The notes: generated by a model from the letters alone, not told the origin. 64,000 nucleotides of DNA from an uncultured Methanosarcinales archaeon (GCA_964566535.1 CAZMIO010000005.1:3271-67270); one strand, 5' to 3'. Shown: positions 1 to 10,400, numbered from the stretch's first letter. Numbers and translations are program-made.

Positions 1-2072
1 GTGTGTTGATGTTTTAGTTTGGTACGTTTAATTGTTTGATGGTGTATTGGTGGCTTTTTAGCAAAAACTGGGTGAGAGGTAGTCTGTAAGTTTGGATGAT
101 TAGGAGTGTAATGTCCAGGAGGGGTTAGGTTATGGGGGTGGAATCTGTGCAAGGTTGTTTGCTGGACTCCAGGATAGGGATGGTGTGTAGCTGGAGTTTG
201 GATAGGTTGTTGTTGGACTGGTTGTTGAGGGGGCTTCTTGTGCATTGGAAAGTGGAATAGATCCTTGAGGGAATGATGGACTTTTGGTTTTTGTGGTGAT
301 TGGAGTGGTTGTTGGAATGTTGGTTGTTGTGGGAAACTATTTAACGTGGCTTGAGAATTCATACCTGCCCCGTATTTTTGCTGAAGAAGTTTCTTGTAAT
401 ACCTTTCTTTGTTCTTTTTAACAATATCTTTGGATATCATTATCCCCCCAAGGATTATTGGGATGATTAGTACTAAATAAATGAATGTCTGGAGAATGTT
501 TGGTTTTTTTGAAGAGAGGAGAACGATTTCCCCATTTTCATCAATAGTTCCCTCGATAAATTCTTCTTGAGTTCCCCTTAGATAAGAATATTCAAATGTA
601 TAACCGTTACCTGATCTTAAAAAAAGTTTTTCGTTGAAGGTGAAGTCTTTTGAGAATAAATCTTCTTGTTGTGAAATAAACTCTTCATATTTATTCACTA
701 GGGACTCGATTTGTGATTTTTCAATATCTACGCATGCATCTTCTTGGCATTCAAATCCTGTTTCGCAACTGCAGTCAGAACAGCAACTGTCTGAGGTTTC
801 GTCTCCATTACAGACTCCATCACCGCATTCAACCGTTTCTGAACAATCACTGTCCAAAGAATAGCTGCATCCTTCTGGGCAACAGGAGTCATCTGATAAA
901 CATGCGTCAATACCTGAATATGAACAGAAATCATCAACACATTCATCTATTGAACAATCGTCAAAATCATCACAATCGTCATCTGTCACGCATGGTTCAT
1001 CTGAGAGGCCGCCTGAGCAGTCAGTGTCCGTACCCTCATCACATGAACCAGGGCAGCACATATCATCATCTATACAGGAGGTTACTGCTAGGTTTGTACA
1101 GGCAGTAGTATTCCCCAAGAGAAGGTCAATTGTGCAAGGATCACTATCATCACATTGAGCATTTGCTGTATAGCCAATTGGTAGGCAGTCACCATCGTTT
1201 GTTAAATCACAAGTAGCTGGACAACAGCCATCCCCTGATCTGCAATACCCTACCCGGTCATAAGTACATTCTGTTAATTGACATTCATCAAGTGTGCACG
1301 CGTCTGCATCGTCACAATCGGTGTTGGCCCCACAAAGCTCCACAATTGGACAGGCTAAAAACTCATCGACTAAGTAAAGAAAACTTCCATTCTCATTATA
1401 TCTTAGATCAAATTCAAGATCATGACCGTCAACTTCTGTTTCAAGTGTTATCAAATCTCCCAATACATTAGTTGTATCTGGATCATAATTTAAAATATAG
1501 AGTTCGTCTCCTTTTTTTATAGTTATATTGTTGTTTTCCTGGTCTTCTTCTAAGAATTCATAATTTTTCTTACAAAGGCTTACTCCAAGATCAAATGTCT
1601 CATCAACGTATTTGAAGGTTCCATTGAAACAATCTTCTGGGCAGAGCACCTGTTCGTTCTCTAGATTAGTTACAAGGTTTGTTAGATTAATTTCAAGTCC
1701 TTTTAATGATGTGTTTTCTCCTAATTCCAAAGTTATTTGTGAATCATTTATTATTGGAGAAGAATTTACTAAAAACTTTACTTCTAAATCTTCCCTATCA
1801 ACTGATATGATTTTTATAAAAAAGTCAGTACTATCTAATGTGAGATTGAATTCTTGGCTGGTGATGACTGCAGTTTCAGTGTCGCTGCCTGAGTACTCCC
1901 ATGATAAGGTAATATTATCATGGCCTAAGTAACAGTCATTGTCATTACAGCTTGCTGCGCTAATTGACTGTAATGAGAGTATAAAAAATAAAAAAACCAG
2001 GATATTAATAGAACTAATCCTACTAAAACATTGGGGGTGTTTTGCATATCCTGGCTTAAAAAATGTGAGCAT
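1..2072 (-). CDS. Cys/Asp-rich secreted, membrane-anchored surface protein with Pro/Gln/His-rich tail (3' end beyond window; absent from ORF track)
   Basis: Manual translation from ATG at 2072 is stop-free to position 1: MLTFFKPG...ILVFLFFILSLQSISAA (signal-like), three CDDxDxCTxDxC...CCPxxC...DxDC-type repeats, CGDGVCNGDET, TM segment FIYLVLIIPIILGGIMI, then PQQP-rich tail. Confidence 0.85.
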   Translation of the reverse strand, partial: MLTFFKPGYAKHPQCFSRISSINILVFLFFILSLQSISAASCNDNDCYLGHDNITLSWEYSGSDTETAVITSQEFNLTLDSTDFFIKIISVDREDLEVKFLVNSSPIINDSQITLELGENTSLKGLEINLTNLVTNLENEQVLCPEDCFNGTFKYVDETFDLGVSLCKKNYEFLEEDQENNNITIKKGDELYILNYDPDTTNVLGDLITLETEVDGHDLEFDLRYNENGSFLYLVDEFLACPIVELCGANTDCDDADACTLDECQLTECTYDRVGYCRSGDGCCPATCDLTNDGDCLPIGYTANAQCDDSDPCTIDLLLGNTTACTNLAVTSCIDDDMCCPGSCDEGTDTDCSGGLSDEPCVTDDDCDDFDDCSIDECVDDFCSYSGIDACLSDDSCCPEGCSYSLDSDCSETVECGDGVCNGDETSDSCCSDCSCETGFECQEDACVDIEKSQIESLVNKYEEFISQQEDLFSKDFTFNEKLFLRSGNGYTFEYSYLRGTQEEFIEGTIDENGEIVLLSSKKPNILQTFIYLVLIIPIILGGIMISKDIVKKNKERYYKKLLQQKYGAGMNSQATLNSFPQQPTFQQPLQSPQKPKVHHSLKDLFHFPMHKKPPQQPVQQQPIQTPATHHPYPGVQQTTLHRFHPHNLTPPGHYTPNHPNLQTTSHPVFAKKPPIHHQTIKRTKLKHQH

Positions 2073-2074
2073 TG

Positions 2075-2503
2075 TTAAAATTCCTCCTTTATAGTTGCGG
2101 TTGCAACCATTGTCATTGTCGTAATGACGTTTTCTTCTTTTCTGAACTTTAAAACGAAATCATTGAACTCCTCGACATCTTTGAATTTTAGCTTTAGCAT
2201 GATATCATATTCCCCAGTTATTCCGAAAACTTCTTTTACGTGTTTATTATCTAAGAGTTGTTGATTGAATACTTTGGAGGGTTTTGTTTTTATTAGCATG
2301 ACTACTATGAAATTCTCTTCGACTGCTTTGTTGTTTAGTTTTAGTGTGAATTTTTCGATGATATTTTCTTTTTTTAACTTGACAATCCTGTCGTGAACGG
2401 TAGATGGCCTGATCTTTGTTTGTTTTGCTATGTCCCTTATGGATAATCTTGAATTGTCTTTTAAGGTTGCAATTATTGATTTATCTCTGTTATCTAGTTG
2501 CAT
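2075..2503 (-). CDS. Lrp/AsnC family transcriptional regulator
   Basis: N-terminal HTH (LDNRDKSIIATLKDNSRLSIRDIAKQTKIRPSTVHDRIVKL) plus RAM domain (VFGITGEYDIMLKL). Confidence 0.93.
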   Translation of the reverse strand: MQLDNRDKSIIATLKDNSRLSIRDIAKQTKIRPSTVHDRIVKLKKENIIEKFTLKLNNKAVEENFIVVMLIKTKPSKVFNQQLLDNKHVKEVFGITGEYDIMLKLKFKDVEEFNDFVLKFRKEENVITTMTMVATATIKEEF

Positions 2504-2639
2504 TGTTAGTAGGACTGTCTATGAAGTATATAAATATTCCGATATTTGTCCGGTTTTTTGTTTATTTTCTGGACAAATTAATGGTATATATAGAAAAAAT
2601 ATATAAATCTCTTGGAATTAGCTAGTGTTGGTGATAATT

Positions 2640-3905
2640 ATGGATAAAGGAGACAATTATGAAGTTAAAGATATAAAATTAGCAGAACAAGGAAGGAAGA
2701 ACTTAGAATGGGCTGAATCTCAGATGGGTGCTTTGATGAAAGTTAAAGAACGGTTTGAGAATGAGAAGCCTTTGGAAGGCGTTAAAATTGGTGTTGCGCT
2801 ACATCCAACTAAGGAGACAGGAGTTCTAGTTAGAGTATTGAAGGCTGGTGGAGCTGATGTTGCTATATGTGCATGTAATCCATTGTCTACACAAGACGAT
2901 GTTGCTGCAGCACTTGCTGAGGAAGGGATTAAGATATGGGCTTACAAAGGAGAGACTAAAGAGGATTATTACAGATACTTAACTAATGTTATTGAGTTTA
3001 AGCCACAATATACACTTGATGATGGATGCGACCTAGTAAGCGAGATACACAGCAAATATCCTGATCAAATTGAAGGTATTATTGCTGGTGCTGAAGAAAC
3101 TACAACCGGAATTATTAGACTTAAAGCAATGGAGAAGGATAATGCGCTTAAGTATCCTGTTCTTGCTGTTAATGACCTTAAGACGAAACATCTGTTTGAT
3201 AATTTCTTAGGGACTGGTCAAAGTACTTTTGATGGGATACTTCGGGCTTCTTCAATTTTGATTGCAGGAAAGACCGTTGTTGTTGCAGGGTATGGCCCAT
3301 GTGGTAAGGGGATTGCAGAGCGTGCTAAAGGGCAAGGAGCAAATGTGATTGTTACAGAAGTTGATCCGATTAGAGCACTTCAAGCGAGACATGATGGATG
3401 TAGAGTGATGCCAATGTCAGAGGCTTTAAGTGAAGGAGATTTATATGTGACAGTAACTGGAAATAAGCATGTCATAAGAAAGGAACATTATGAAAATATG
3501 AAGGAAGGAGCAATTCTTTCAAATTCAGGACACTTTGATATTGAGATTGATGTTGCAGGACTTAAAGAGCTGAGTGAGAGTGTGAAACAAATCAGACCTC
3601 ATTTTGAGAGATATACTCTCCCTAGTGGGAAGAATATTTATTTGTGTGGAGAAGGCAGGCTTATTAACCTTGTTGCTGCAGAAGGGCATCCAAGTGTTGT
3701 TATGGCGCAATCGTTTTGTGGGCAAGCACTTGCTGCCGAGTATGCTATAAAAAATAAGGGGAAGTTAGGTATTAAAGTTGTTGATCTGCCAGAAGAGATT
3801 GATAATAAAATAGCTGAGCTGCAGCTTGAGACATTAGGTATTAAATTTGATGAATTGACTGAGGAGCAGAAGAAGTACATGGATTCTTGGCAAGAAGGTA
3901 CTTAA
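2640..3905 (+). CDS. ahcY: Adenosylhomocysteinase
   Basis: Motifs CNPLSTQD, LDDGCD, EETTTG, KHLFDN-GTGQS, GYGPCGKG, GEGRLINL-AAEGHP; ATG 2640 preceded by GGTGA. Confidence 0.97.
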   Translation: MDKGDNYEVKDIKLAEQGRKNLEWAESQMGALMKVKERFENEKPLEGVKIGVALHPTKETGVLVRVLKAGGADVAICACNPLSTQDDVAAALAEEGIKIWAYKGETKEDYYRYLTNVIEFKPQYTLDDGCDLVSEIHSKYPDQIEGIIAGAEETTTGIIRLKAMEKDNALKYPVLAVNDLKTKHLFDNFLGTGQSTFDGILRASSILIAGKTVVVAGYGPCGKGIAERAKGQGANVIVTEVDPIRALQARHDGCRVMPMSEALSEGDLYVTVTGNKHVIRKEHYENMKEGAILSNSGHFDIEIDVAGLKELSESVKQIRPHFERYTLPSGKNIYLCGEGRLINLVAAEGHPSVVMAQSFCGQALAAEYAIKNKGKLGIKVVDLPEEIDNKIAELQLETLGIKFDELTEEQKKYMDSWQEGT

Positions 3906-3926
3906 TTTTTATTTTTTTATTTTGTT
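3905..3926 (+). terminator. Oligo-T archaeal terminator-like tract after ahcY
   Basis: tttttatttttttattttgtt directly after the stop; similar tracts follow 4464, tRNA-His and 46288. Confidence 0.45.
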
Positions 3927-4103
3927 CTAGAATATACAAATTGAATCTGGGCTTATGTCTAGGCCTTTATCAGTTATCTGCATAGAAACGGTTTTTTCTG
4001 GGATTCTTGTTGATCTCATCTTTAGGACTTCTATTGCTCTGCACCGAATCCCTTTTTTTTTGATATGGTAGAGTATGATTATTCCGTCTGCTTCGAATTC
4101 TAG
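3927..4103 (-). pseudogene. C-terminal fragment (~58 aa) of a KaiC/RAD55-family ATPase
   Basis: LEFEADGIIILYHIKKKGIRCRAIEVLKMRSTRIPEKTVSMQITDKGLDISPD matches the KaiC-like C-terminal pattern (EF.ADG.I.L...R.IEVLKMR.......ITDKG); upstream of it is antisense pilin sequence, with no Walker A/B. Confidence 0.75.
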
Positions 4104-4116
4104 CGAGGATGAGAGA

Positions 4117-4464
4117 ATGCCTGAGAAATGTGTTATATCCACAGGTTCAGGGTTGTTTTGTGATCCAAACCAAGTTAGTGCAAGTGCATCAGCTAATACC
4201 ATCACTATGAGGGTGAAGAACATATTGACTGACAGCATTTGGGTTGATTCAATAGCTTTAGATGCCCCAGCATGTACATTTTCTACTGCTGACACGGAAA
4301 TAGCTGCTGATGGAACCACAGACATTGCATTAACCTGTGCAGGAGGTCTAACATCTGGTGATAAGATTAAAGGAAAGTTAACAATCACGTATGATGTTGG
4401 AGCAACAGCAGGAGCTGGATTGTCTAAAGGTACAACAGGTCAGTTAGTGACAGTCGTACCCTAA
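4117..4464 (+). pseudogene. Pilin paralogue lacking class III signal peptide and N-terminal hydrophobic helix
   Basis: MPEKCVISTGSGLFCDPNQVS...TTGQLVTVVP is colinear with the full pilin at 4508-4963 from its PEKC motif onward; no KRAQ/AAMEFL leader is encoded upstream. Confidence 0.75.
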
Positions 4465-4507
4465 ATAAATTTTTTATTTTTTCTTTTATTTTTTTGAAGG
4501 TAGTTAA

Positions 4508-4963
4508 ATGAAAAAGAGAGCTCAGGCCGCTATGGAATTTCTCATGACTTATGGTTGGGCTATTTTGGTTGTGTTGATTGCAATTGGGTCTTTGGCTTAT
4601 TTTGGAACTTTGAGTCCGGATAATTTATTGCCGGAGAAATGTTTGATTTCTACTGGTTCTGGGTTGTTTTGTGATCCTAATCAAGTTAGTACAAGTGCAA
4701 CTACTAATTCTGTTGTTATGAGGGTGAAGAATATTTTGAATGATGATATAAGTGTTACTGGCATGACATTGGATGACCCTAGCTGTTCTTATTCTGGTGC
4801 AGGTGTTGTTTCTGCTGATTCCACTACTGATTTTACACTTTCTTGTGCTAGTGGTTTGAATTCAGGGGATAGGATTAGGGCAAGTATTGCTGTTTCTTAT
4901 TCTGTTGGTGGTTCTGGGTTGCCTAAAAGTACATCTGGTAGTTTGACTACTGTTGTTCCTTGA
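4508..4963 (+). CDS. Archaeal type IV pilin-like protein with class III signal peptide
   Basis: MKKRAQ/AAMEFLMTYGWAILVVLIAIGSLAYFG prepilin motif; Ser/Thr/Gly-rich body with 4 Cys. Confidence 0.9.
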   Translation: MKKRAQAAMEFLMTYGWAILVVLIAIGSLAYFGTLSPDNLLPEKCLISTGSGLFCDPNQVSTSATTNSVVMRVKNILNDDISVTGMTLDDPSCSYSGAGVVSADSTTDFTLSCASGLNSGDRIRASIAVSYSVGGSGLPKSTSGSLTTVVP

Positions 4964-5011
4964 AGGTAATTTTCCGATATCTTTTTAAATGTGGTTTGTA
5001 TTCTATTCATT

Positions 5012-5188
5012 ATGGCAAGAGACCAAATAAGCATGCCGTCAGGAATGGGCGGATTAATGCGATACTTTGATGAGTATAAGAGCAAAATAGAGTTTAAACC
5101 AGGACATATTATTTTTCTTTGTATAATGGTTGTTGTTATTATGATACTTCTTTATACTTATGGAGCAGCTCTTTTGGGTATTAGGTGA
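5012..5188 (+). CDS. secG: Preprotein translocase subunit Sec61-beta (archaeal SecG)
   Basis: MPSGMGGLMRYFDEYKSKIEFKP followed by a single TM helix. Confidence 0.85.
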   Translation: MARDQISMPSGMGGLMRYFDEYKSKIEFKPGHIIFLCIMVVVIMILLYTYGAALLGIR

Positions 5189-5194
5189 GCATAG

Positions 5195-5545
5195 ATGATA
5201 CCAGGAATGAATCCAAGGAAAATGGCTCAGGCCATGAAGAAGATGGGTATTCAACAAGTAGAGATAGATGCTCAGGAAGTTATTATTAAGTGTGCTGATA
5301 AGGAGATTGTGATTAATAGTCCACAGGTTTCTAAAGTTAATATGATGGGGCAGGAAACTTACCAGGTTGTTGGTCAGGCTGAGGAGCGGGCATTACTTAG
5401 TGATCCTGATATTAACGAAGAAGATGTTAAGACAGTTGTTGAACAGACAGGTAAAAGTGAAGATGATGCTCGGGCTGCAATTGAAGAGGCAAAAGGAGAC
5501 CTTGCTGAAGCTATTATGAAGTTGAAGGGATTAGATTCTGAGTAA
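5195..5545 (+). CDS. nac: Nascent polypeptide-associated complex protein
   Basis: GMNPRKMAQAMKKMGI NAC domain plus C-terminal UBA-like EEDVKTVVEQTG...GDLAEAIMKL. Confidence 0.93.
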   Translation: MIPGMNPRKMAQAMKKMGIQQVEIDAQEVIIKCADKEIVINSPQVSKVNMMGQETYQVVGQAEERALLSDPDINEEDVKTVVEQTGKSEDDARAAIEEAKGDLAEAIMKLKGLDSE

Positions 5546-5666
5546 ATTATTTAAGTTCTTTTTCTAAAAGGACATCCAAATAAAACAAAAATATTTATAC
5601 CAGCGGCAACTAATATATTGGAAAGAGGATAAATAAAGTTTACTTTTATCATTGTACTATATAAAA

Positions 5667-6122
5667 ATGGAATATCTTGATGAGGCGAGGGAAGAGATTA
5701 AGAGGGTGGACCACTTAGTTTACGTAAGTCTTAAATACACTAGAACCGTAGATGTGATTAAGAGTGTTGTTGAGAGGATAATTAACTCATTTAACTTTGT
5801 GATTTTAGAATTACTTGAGTTTGCTAAAAGCAAGAAGAAGATTAAGGATTATCCAGTTGCTCCAGGGTTGAGATGCGACACGTTAAATAATGTTTTTTCA
5901 GATAATGATGAATTGAAGGAGTATCTTGCATTTTATCAATTACTAAGGAGGATAAGTAGAGCTGATTACACCAAAAGAGAAGAGTACAGAAGACACGTTA
6001 CAATGATTACTAATTTAGATGACGGAGAAGTATTAGAAGTGCATATTGATTTACTTCAGGAATATTATACTAAGACTAAGGCTTTTGTTGAGTTTGCTAA
6101 GAATTTAGTTGAAAATGACTAA
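5667..6122 (+). CDS. Hypothetical protein
   Basis: Long ORF with genome-typical codon usage; overlaps next gene by 8 nt; no recognised family. Confidence 0.7.
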   Translation: MEYLDEAREEIKRVDHLVYVSLKYTRTVDVIKSVVERIINSFNFVILELLEFAKSKKKIKDYPVAPGLRCDTLNNVFSDNDELKEYLAFYQLLRRISRADYTKREEYRRHVTMITNLDDGEVLEVHIDLLQEYYTKTKAFVEFAKNLVEND

Positions 6123-6789
6123 GTTTATTGCTGTTGCTGGAAAAGGAGGTGTTGGAAAGACCGTCACTGCTATAAATCTAGCTTCTGCGATGCATGATAA
6201 TGGAAAGAATGTTATTCTTCTTGATGCTAATGTTGGAAGTCCCCATGTCGCTTTGCATCTAGGTTTTCCTGATGTTCGGGTTTCTTTGCATGAGGTTCTT
6301 GAGGGAAAGGGGGGAGTTTCTGAAGCTGTTTATGTGCACCCTTCTGGTCTGAAGGTTATTCCTTCAAATGTTTCTAGGAGTCAGATTTATTCTAAGCAGA
6401 AAGATATTAGTTCGGTTGCTTTAGAGTTGATTGGGAAGGCGCAGGTTGTTGTGATGGATCTTCCTGGTGCGATTACTGATGATGTGCTTCCTGCATTAGG
6501 CTCTGCTGATGAGACTATTGTTGTTGCTAATCCTGAAATTAGTTCTATAAGTGATGCTTTTAAGATAATGGATACTGCTGAGGGTCTTGGTAGTTTTGCT
6601 TTGGGCGTTGTGTTGAATAGGGCTAGAAGGAATGAGAAGATTGAAGAACTTGGTAAGAGGCAGATTGGAACGATTCCTGAAGATGCTAATATTGCGAAGG
6701 CGATTTCTTTAGGTCATCCTGTTGTGCACAGTTTTCCTCTGTCTCCTGCTTCATTTGAATTTAAAAAATTAAGTGAGCGGTTGGGATAA
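6115..6789 (+). CDS. MinD/ParA-family ATPase (archaeal MinD-like)
   Basis: Deviant Walker A GKGGVGKT, LLDAN, VVMDLP, ADETIVVANPE, LGVVLNR. Confidence 0.88.
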   Translation: MTKFIAVAGKGGVGKTVTAINLASAMHDNGKNVILLDANVGSPHVALHLGFPDVRVSLHEVLEGKGGVSEAVYVHPSGLKVIPSNVSRSQIYSKQKDISSVALELIGKAQVVVMDLPGAITDDVLPALGSADETIVVANPEISSISDAFKIMDTAEGLGSFALGVVLNRARRNEKIEELGKRQIGTIPEDANIAKAISLGHPVVHSFPLSPASFEFKKLSERLG

Positions 6790-6790
6790 A

Positions 6791-7252
6791 ATGAGTGAAA
6801 GCAGATGGACTAAGGAGCACATTGACAAAACGTACGAGATAATTCAGAGGGCTAAGGCTAATAAGCCTGCACATATCAAATTTTTAGATAAGGCTGTTTA
6901 CTGGGTGATATTGTTTTTTGCTATTGTTGGTAATTTTGTTATTTCTATTCCTCTGATATTGTTTTTGTTTGTTCTTTCTCCTTGGCAGATCTATTTGGTA
7001 ATTGTACTGTTGGCTGGAGGTTTTGGTTTTTTGATTGAGATTTTGATTCGAGATATTGAGCATTTGGAGATGAGACATCATGTTGGTTTTGGGTTAGTGA
7101 TTCCGATTATTGCTGTTGTTAATGTTTTTTTTATTACTAATGTTGTGAATCAATTGAAGGTTGTTGGTAAGTTTAATCCTCTTGTTGTTGGGTTGGTTTA
7201 TGCTATTGCTTTTATTCTGCCTTATGTTTATTATAAGTTTTATAAGAAGTGA
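6791..7252 (+). CDS. Membrane protein (about 4 TM) coupled to MinD-like gene
   Basis: Hydrophobic segments; starts 1 nt after MinD stop. Confidence 0.7.
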   Translation: MSESRWTKEHIDKTYEIIQRAKANKPAHIKFLDKAVYWVILFFAIVGNFVISIPLILFLFVLSPWQIYLVIVLLAGGFGFLIEILIRDIEHLEMRHHVGFGLVIPIIAVVNVFFITNVVNQLKVVGKFNPLVVGLVYAIAFILPYVYYKFYKK

Positions 7253-7297
7253 ATTTTCAAAACATTTATATCTTATTAATAATTCTTAAACTCCTAT

Positions 7298-7382
7298 GGT
7301 GGCCATAGTTCAGTGGTAGAATACAGGACTGTGGATGTTTAGCAGCAATCCTGTGATGCGAGTTCGATTCTCGCTGGCTACC
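7298..7382 (+). tRNA. trnH: tRNA-His(GUG) with encoded G-1 and 13-nt BHB intron at 37/38 (7335-7347)
   Basis: Acceptor GTGGCCA/TGGCTAC, D-arm GTTC/GAAT, anticodon stem CAGGA/TCCTG, T-arm GCGAG-TTCGATT-CTCGC; central BHB helix CTGT/GCAG. Confidence 0.93.
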
Positions 7383-7429
7383 CTTTTTTTAAGAATATTT
7401 ATATACTGTTTTAGACTAAATTTTCTAAT

Positions 7430-10400
7430 ATGGGATTGACAGAAATAGTTGATGGTTTAAGGGATTTTGGGGAAAGGAATGCTAATAGATTAAGGAGGTT
7501 TGCTTATTCTTCGCTAGCTTTTGGTATAGCTGCAACTGGTGCTGGGTTTGCGACAAATGCTAGGGCTCAGGGACCCAACATGTTTGTTGATGATAGCAAT
7601 GTATCTGGGATAGAAGATGGAAGCCGAGCACATCCTTTTGATACTATGCAAGAAGGGGTTGATGCAGTTGCTGATGGAGGGACTGTAAATGTAGCATCTG
7701 GTAGATATGATGAACGGATTAGTGTCACAAAAAGTCTTAGTTTAATTGGAGAGGATCCTGAAACTACTGTTGTGTATGGTGTACAGGGAGAATCATTTAT
7801 TCTTGCATTGTTAGGTGGAGAGCATAATGTAAGGGGATTTACTTTTAGATCGTCTGGTTCCCATACAGGGATTTATAGTCAGATGAGTGGGAGTATAGAA
7901 AATTGTTTGTTTGTTGGTAATAGGGATGGGGTGTCTGTAGGAAGTGGGGGGAATGTTGATGTAACAAATAATACATTTTACAGAAATTTAACTGGAATAG
8001 ATGTTATCGGAAACCCTAGCTCACAGGCAGAAGCAAGAATCAGGAATAATATTTTAGTTGGAAGTGATGTTGCTGGATTGAGGGGTTCTTTTTCATCTAT
8101 TTTATTTGCACATAATTGTTTATCTGGGAATAGTCAAGATTTTTTTGATTATACTCTTTCTCCAGATGATGTTGGAAATGTTTTTGCCGATCCGTTGTTT
8201 GTGAGTGATACTGACTTTCATTTACAACTGAGTTCTCCTGCTATTGGTTCTGGAGATGTTAATGGTGTAAGTGTTGATATGGGGGTTTATGGTGGAACTA
8301 ATGCTCCAGGTGTAAGAATATTTATTGATATGTCAATTGATAACACTTATTCATTGAGAGTCACTGAGAATCGACATAATAATACTGTGGGCGTTAGTAT
8401 AGAAGCAAACAATCCTGCTAGCACTAATGAAAATCAGTTAATTAGGGAAGCTGGTTTATTGATACCAACAAGAGCTACACTTGATCCTCAAAATGTTGGG
8501 ATGTACTATCTCGACGAAGGTAGTTGGTATATGTTGGGAGAAAGAGTAGATGATGGCCCACTTTTACCTTTATTTTATGAAGCTTATAAAGTATTCCTAC
8601 CTCCGGTCGCTGCTGTTGATAGTTTTCTAAATAGGATGAGATCTTTTTTTGAATTTATTGATAGTGGTAGAGAAGATATCGTTAGACCAAGAGATATAAA
8701 TTTAAATTCGGGCGATTATATTAATCTTTTAGTTCCGTTTGGATCTGCGCCAATAACACGTGGGCTTAGAATAGAACTACCCAACGCAGGTACTCAAGAT
8801 TTTTTCTTCAAGTTTACTGCAAGCCAATTCCCCGTACTTGATCTTGAAACAAAAATGGAATATGGTATTGAAATAATTGAAGGTCAATCTCCGATTATTA
8901 CAAAGCAGAGGAGAGGTGTGCTTATTTATCACTCTGTAGATCGAGAAATTTTTGTTGAATACTATCAAGTTGATCCTACGTCCCCTTATACTTTGGGAGA
9001 ATCAGGAGAGGTTGCATTGGATATTCCAGCATTTTCTCTAGATAGAGCTATGACTGTTGGGTTAGAGAGGTTGGTTGGAAATGAAGTTCCTGATTTGGAT
9101 GGTGCGTTAAGTCCTGCATTTAGAGTAACTCCGGATGATTTAGACTTTAACCAAGATAATCAGCCAACGTTAAGGATGCGTTATTCAGATGTACTTGCGG
9201 CTCCTGGTAGAGCTATGAGATTAAACCAACAAATGGATAGAGATGTAAAAATATTTCATCATGATGGGAGTCAATGGAGTTCTTTAGATACTGTAGTTGA
9301 TGGAAATTTTGCTTCTGCTGAGATCTCTGGAGGGGGGATGTATGCTGTGGGGGTTGAAAGAGAAGTTGTTATTGACCCAATACCAAGTAATATAATGTTT
9401 ATTGCACAAGATTCTACTCGTTCAAGTTATGAGCTTTATTCAGTAGACCCATTTAGTCAGAGAATAACACAATTAACTAGAGGTCTTGATATCCGAGATC
9501 AAGAATGGTCTCCAGATGGTTCTGGAGTAATTGTTTATTCCGCTGAAAAAAGGCGCGCAATTATTATACCTGACGTGAATAATGGAAATATTTTGGAAAT
9601 GCCTGATGAAGTAATGGATGATGTTTGGAATTATAGATGGTCTCCAGATGGTTCTAAAATAGCCACATTAAGACCTGATGGTCTTTATTTGATTGACACT
9701 GAAGGCATTATAACTGAATTAGTCCGAGGAGGGGTTTGGGACCATTGGTGGAATCCTGATGGTGAAAGTATTATTTATAGTGGGGGTAGTAGAGAACGTT
9801 CAACAGAAATAATTAATATTGATGGTAGTGAACGTAGAAGATTTACAGAGGATATAGATGGGTATTTGTATTGGCTAACTTTTTCTCCAGACAGGTCTCA
9901 ATTAGCTGCTGCTCAAAGTCCATCATATTATGTAATGGACACAGATGGATCAGGAGTTCTAGAATTATACAATCATCCTACACCTAATGCTATGAATCCT
10001 TTATTTTGGTTTCAGGATGGAGGAAGTTTATTTTTTTATAGTAGTCGTGAGCGGCCTGCCGGATTCTACTCTGTAGATTCTGATGGAAGAAATCTTCAAC
10101 CATTACTTGAGGAATATTGGGATTATACAGATTTTGAAGGATTAAGGGTTGAACCTCAGTGGGGTCAAGGAGGAATCCATGGGACACCTTATTCTTCATC
10201 TCCTGATGGGACTATGCTCGCTTTCATTGGATTTTCAACTCCTAATATGGGAATACATGTCTATGATATTGAAGAAAGAAGAGTTAGAAGGTTAACTGAA
10301 GATTTAAGACCCATATTAGGTGATATTCAATGGTCTCGGCCAATAAATCATCTGATATTAGGTGAAGAGTCCCTGCCATATGATACAAATGGTGATGATA

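Noticed and set aside
634-1932. Plus-strand ORFs 634-864, 713-1108, 1612-1932 and minus ORF 728-946
   Set aside because: Shadows of the long minus-strand Cys-rich CDS (1-2072)
3927-4103. IS element bounded by CTAG at 3927 and 4100
   Set aside because: No transposase or terminal inverted repeats; the enclosed DNA translates as a KaiC-like C-terminus, and the left CTAG is just its stop codon
3927-4388. 153-aa minus-strand ORF as a real gene
   Set aside because: Its first ~95 aa are the antisense of the pilin fragment; only the last ~58 aa look like protein
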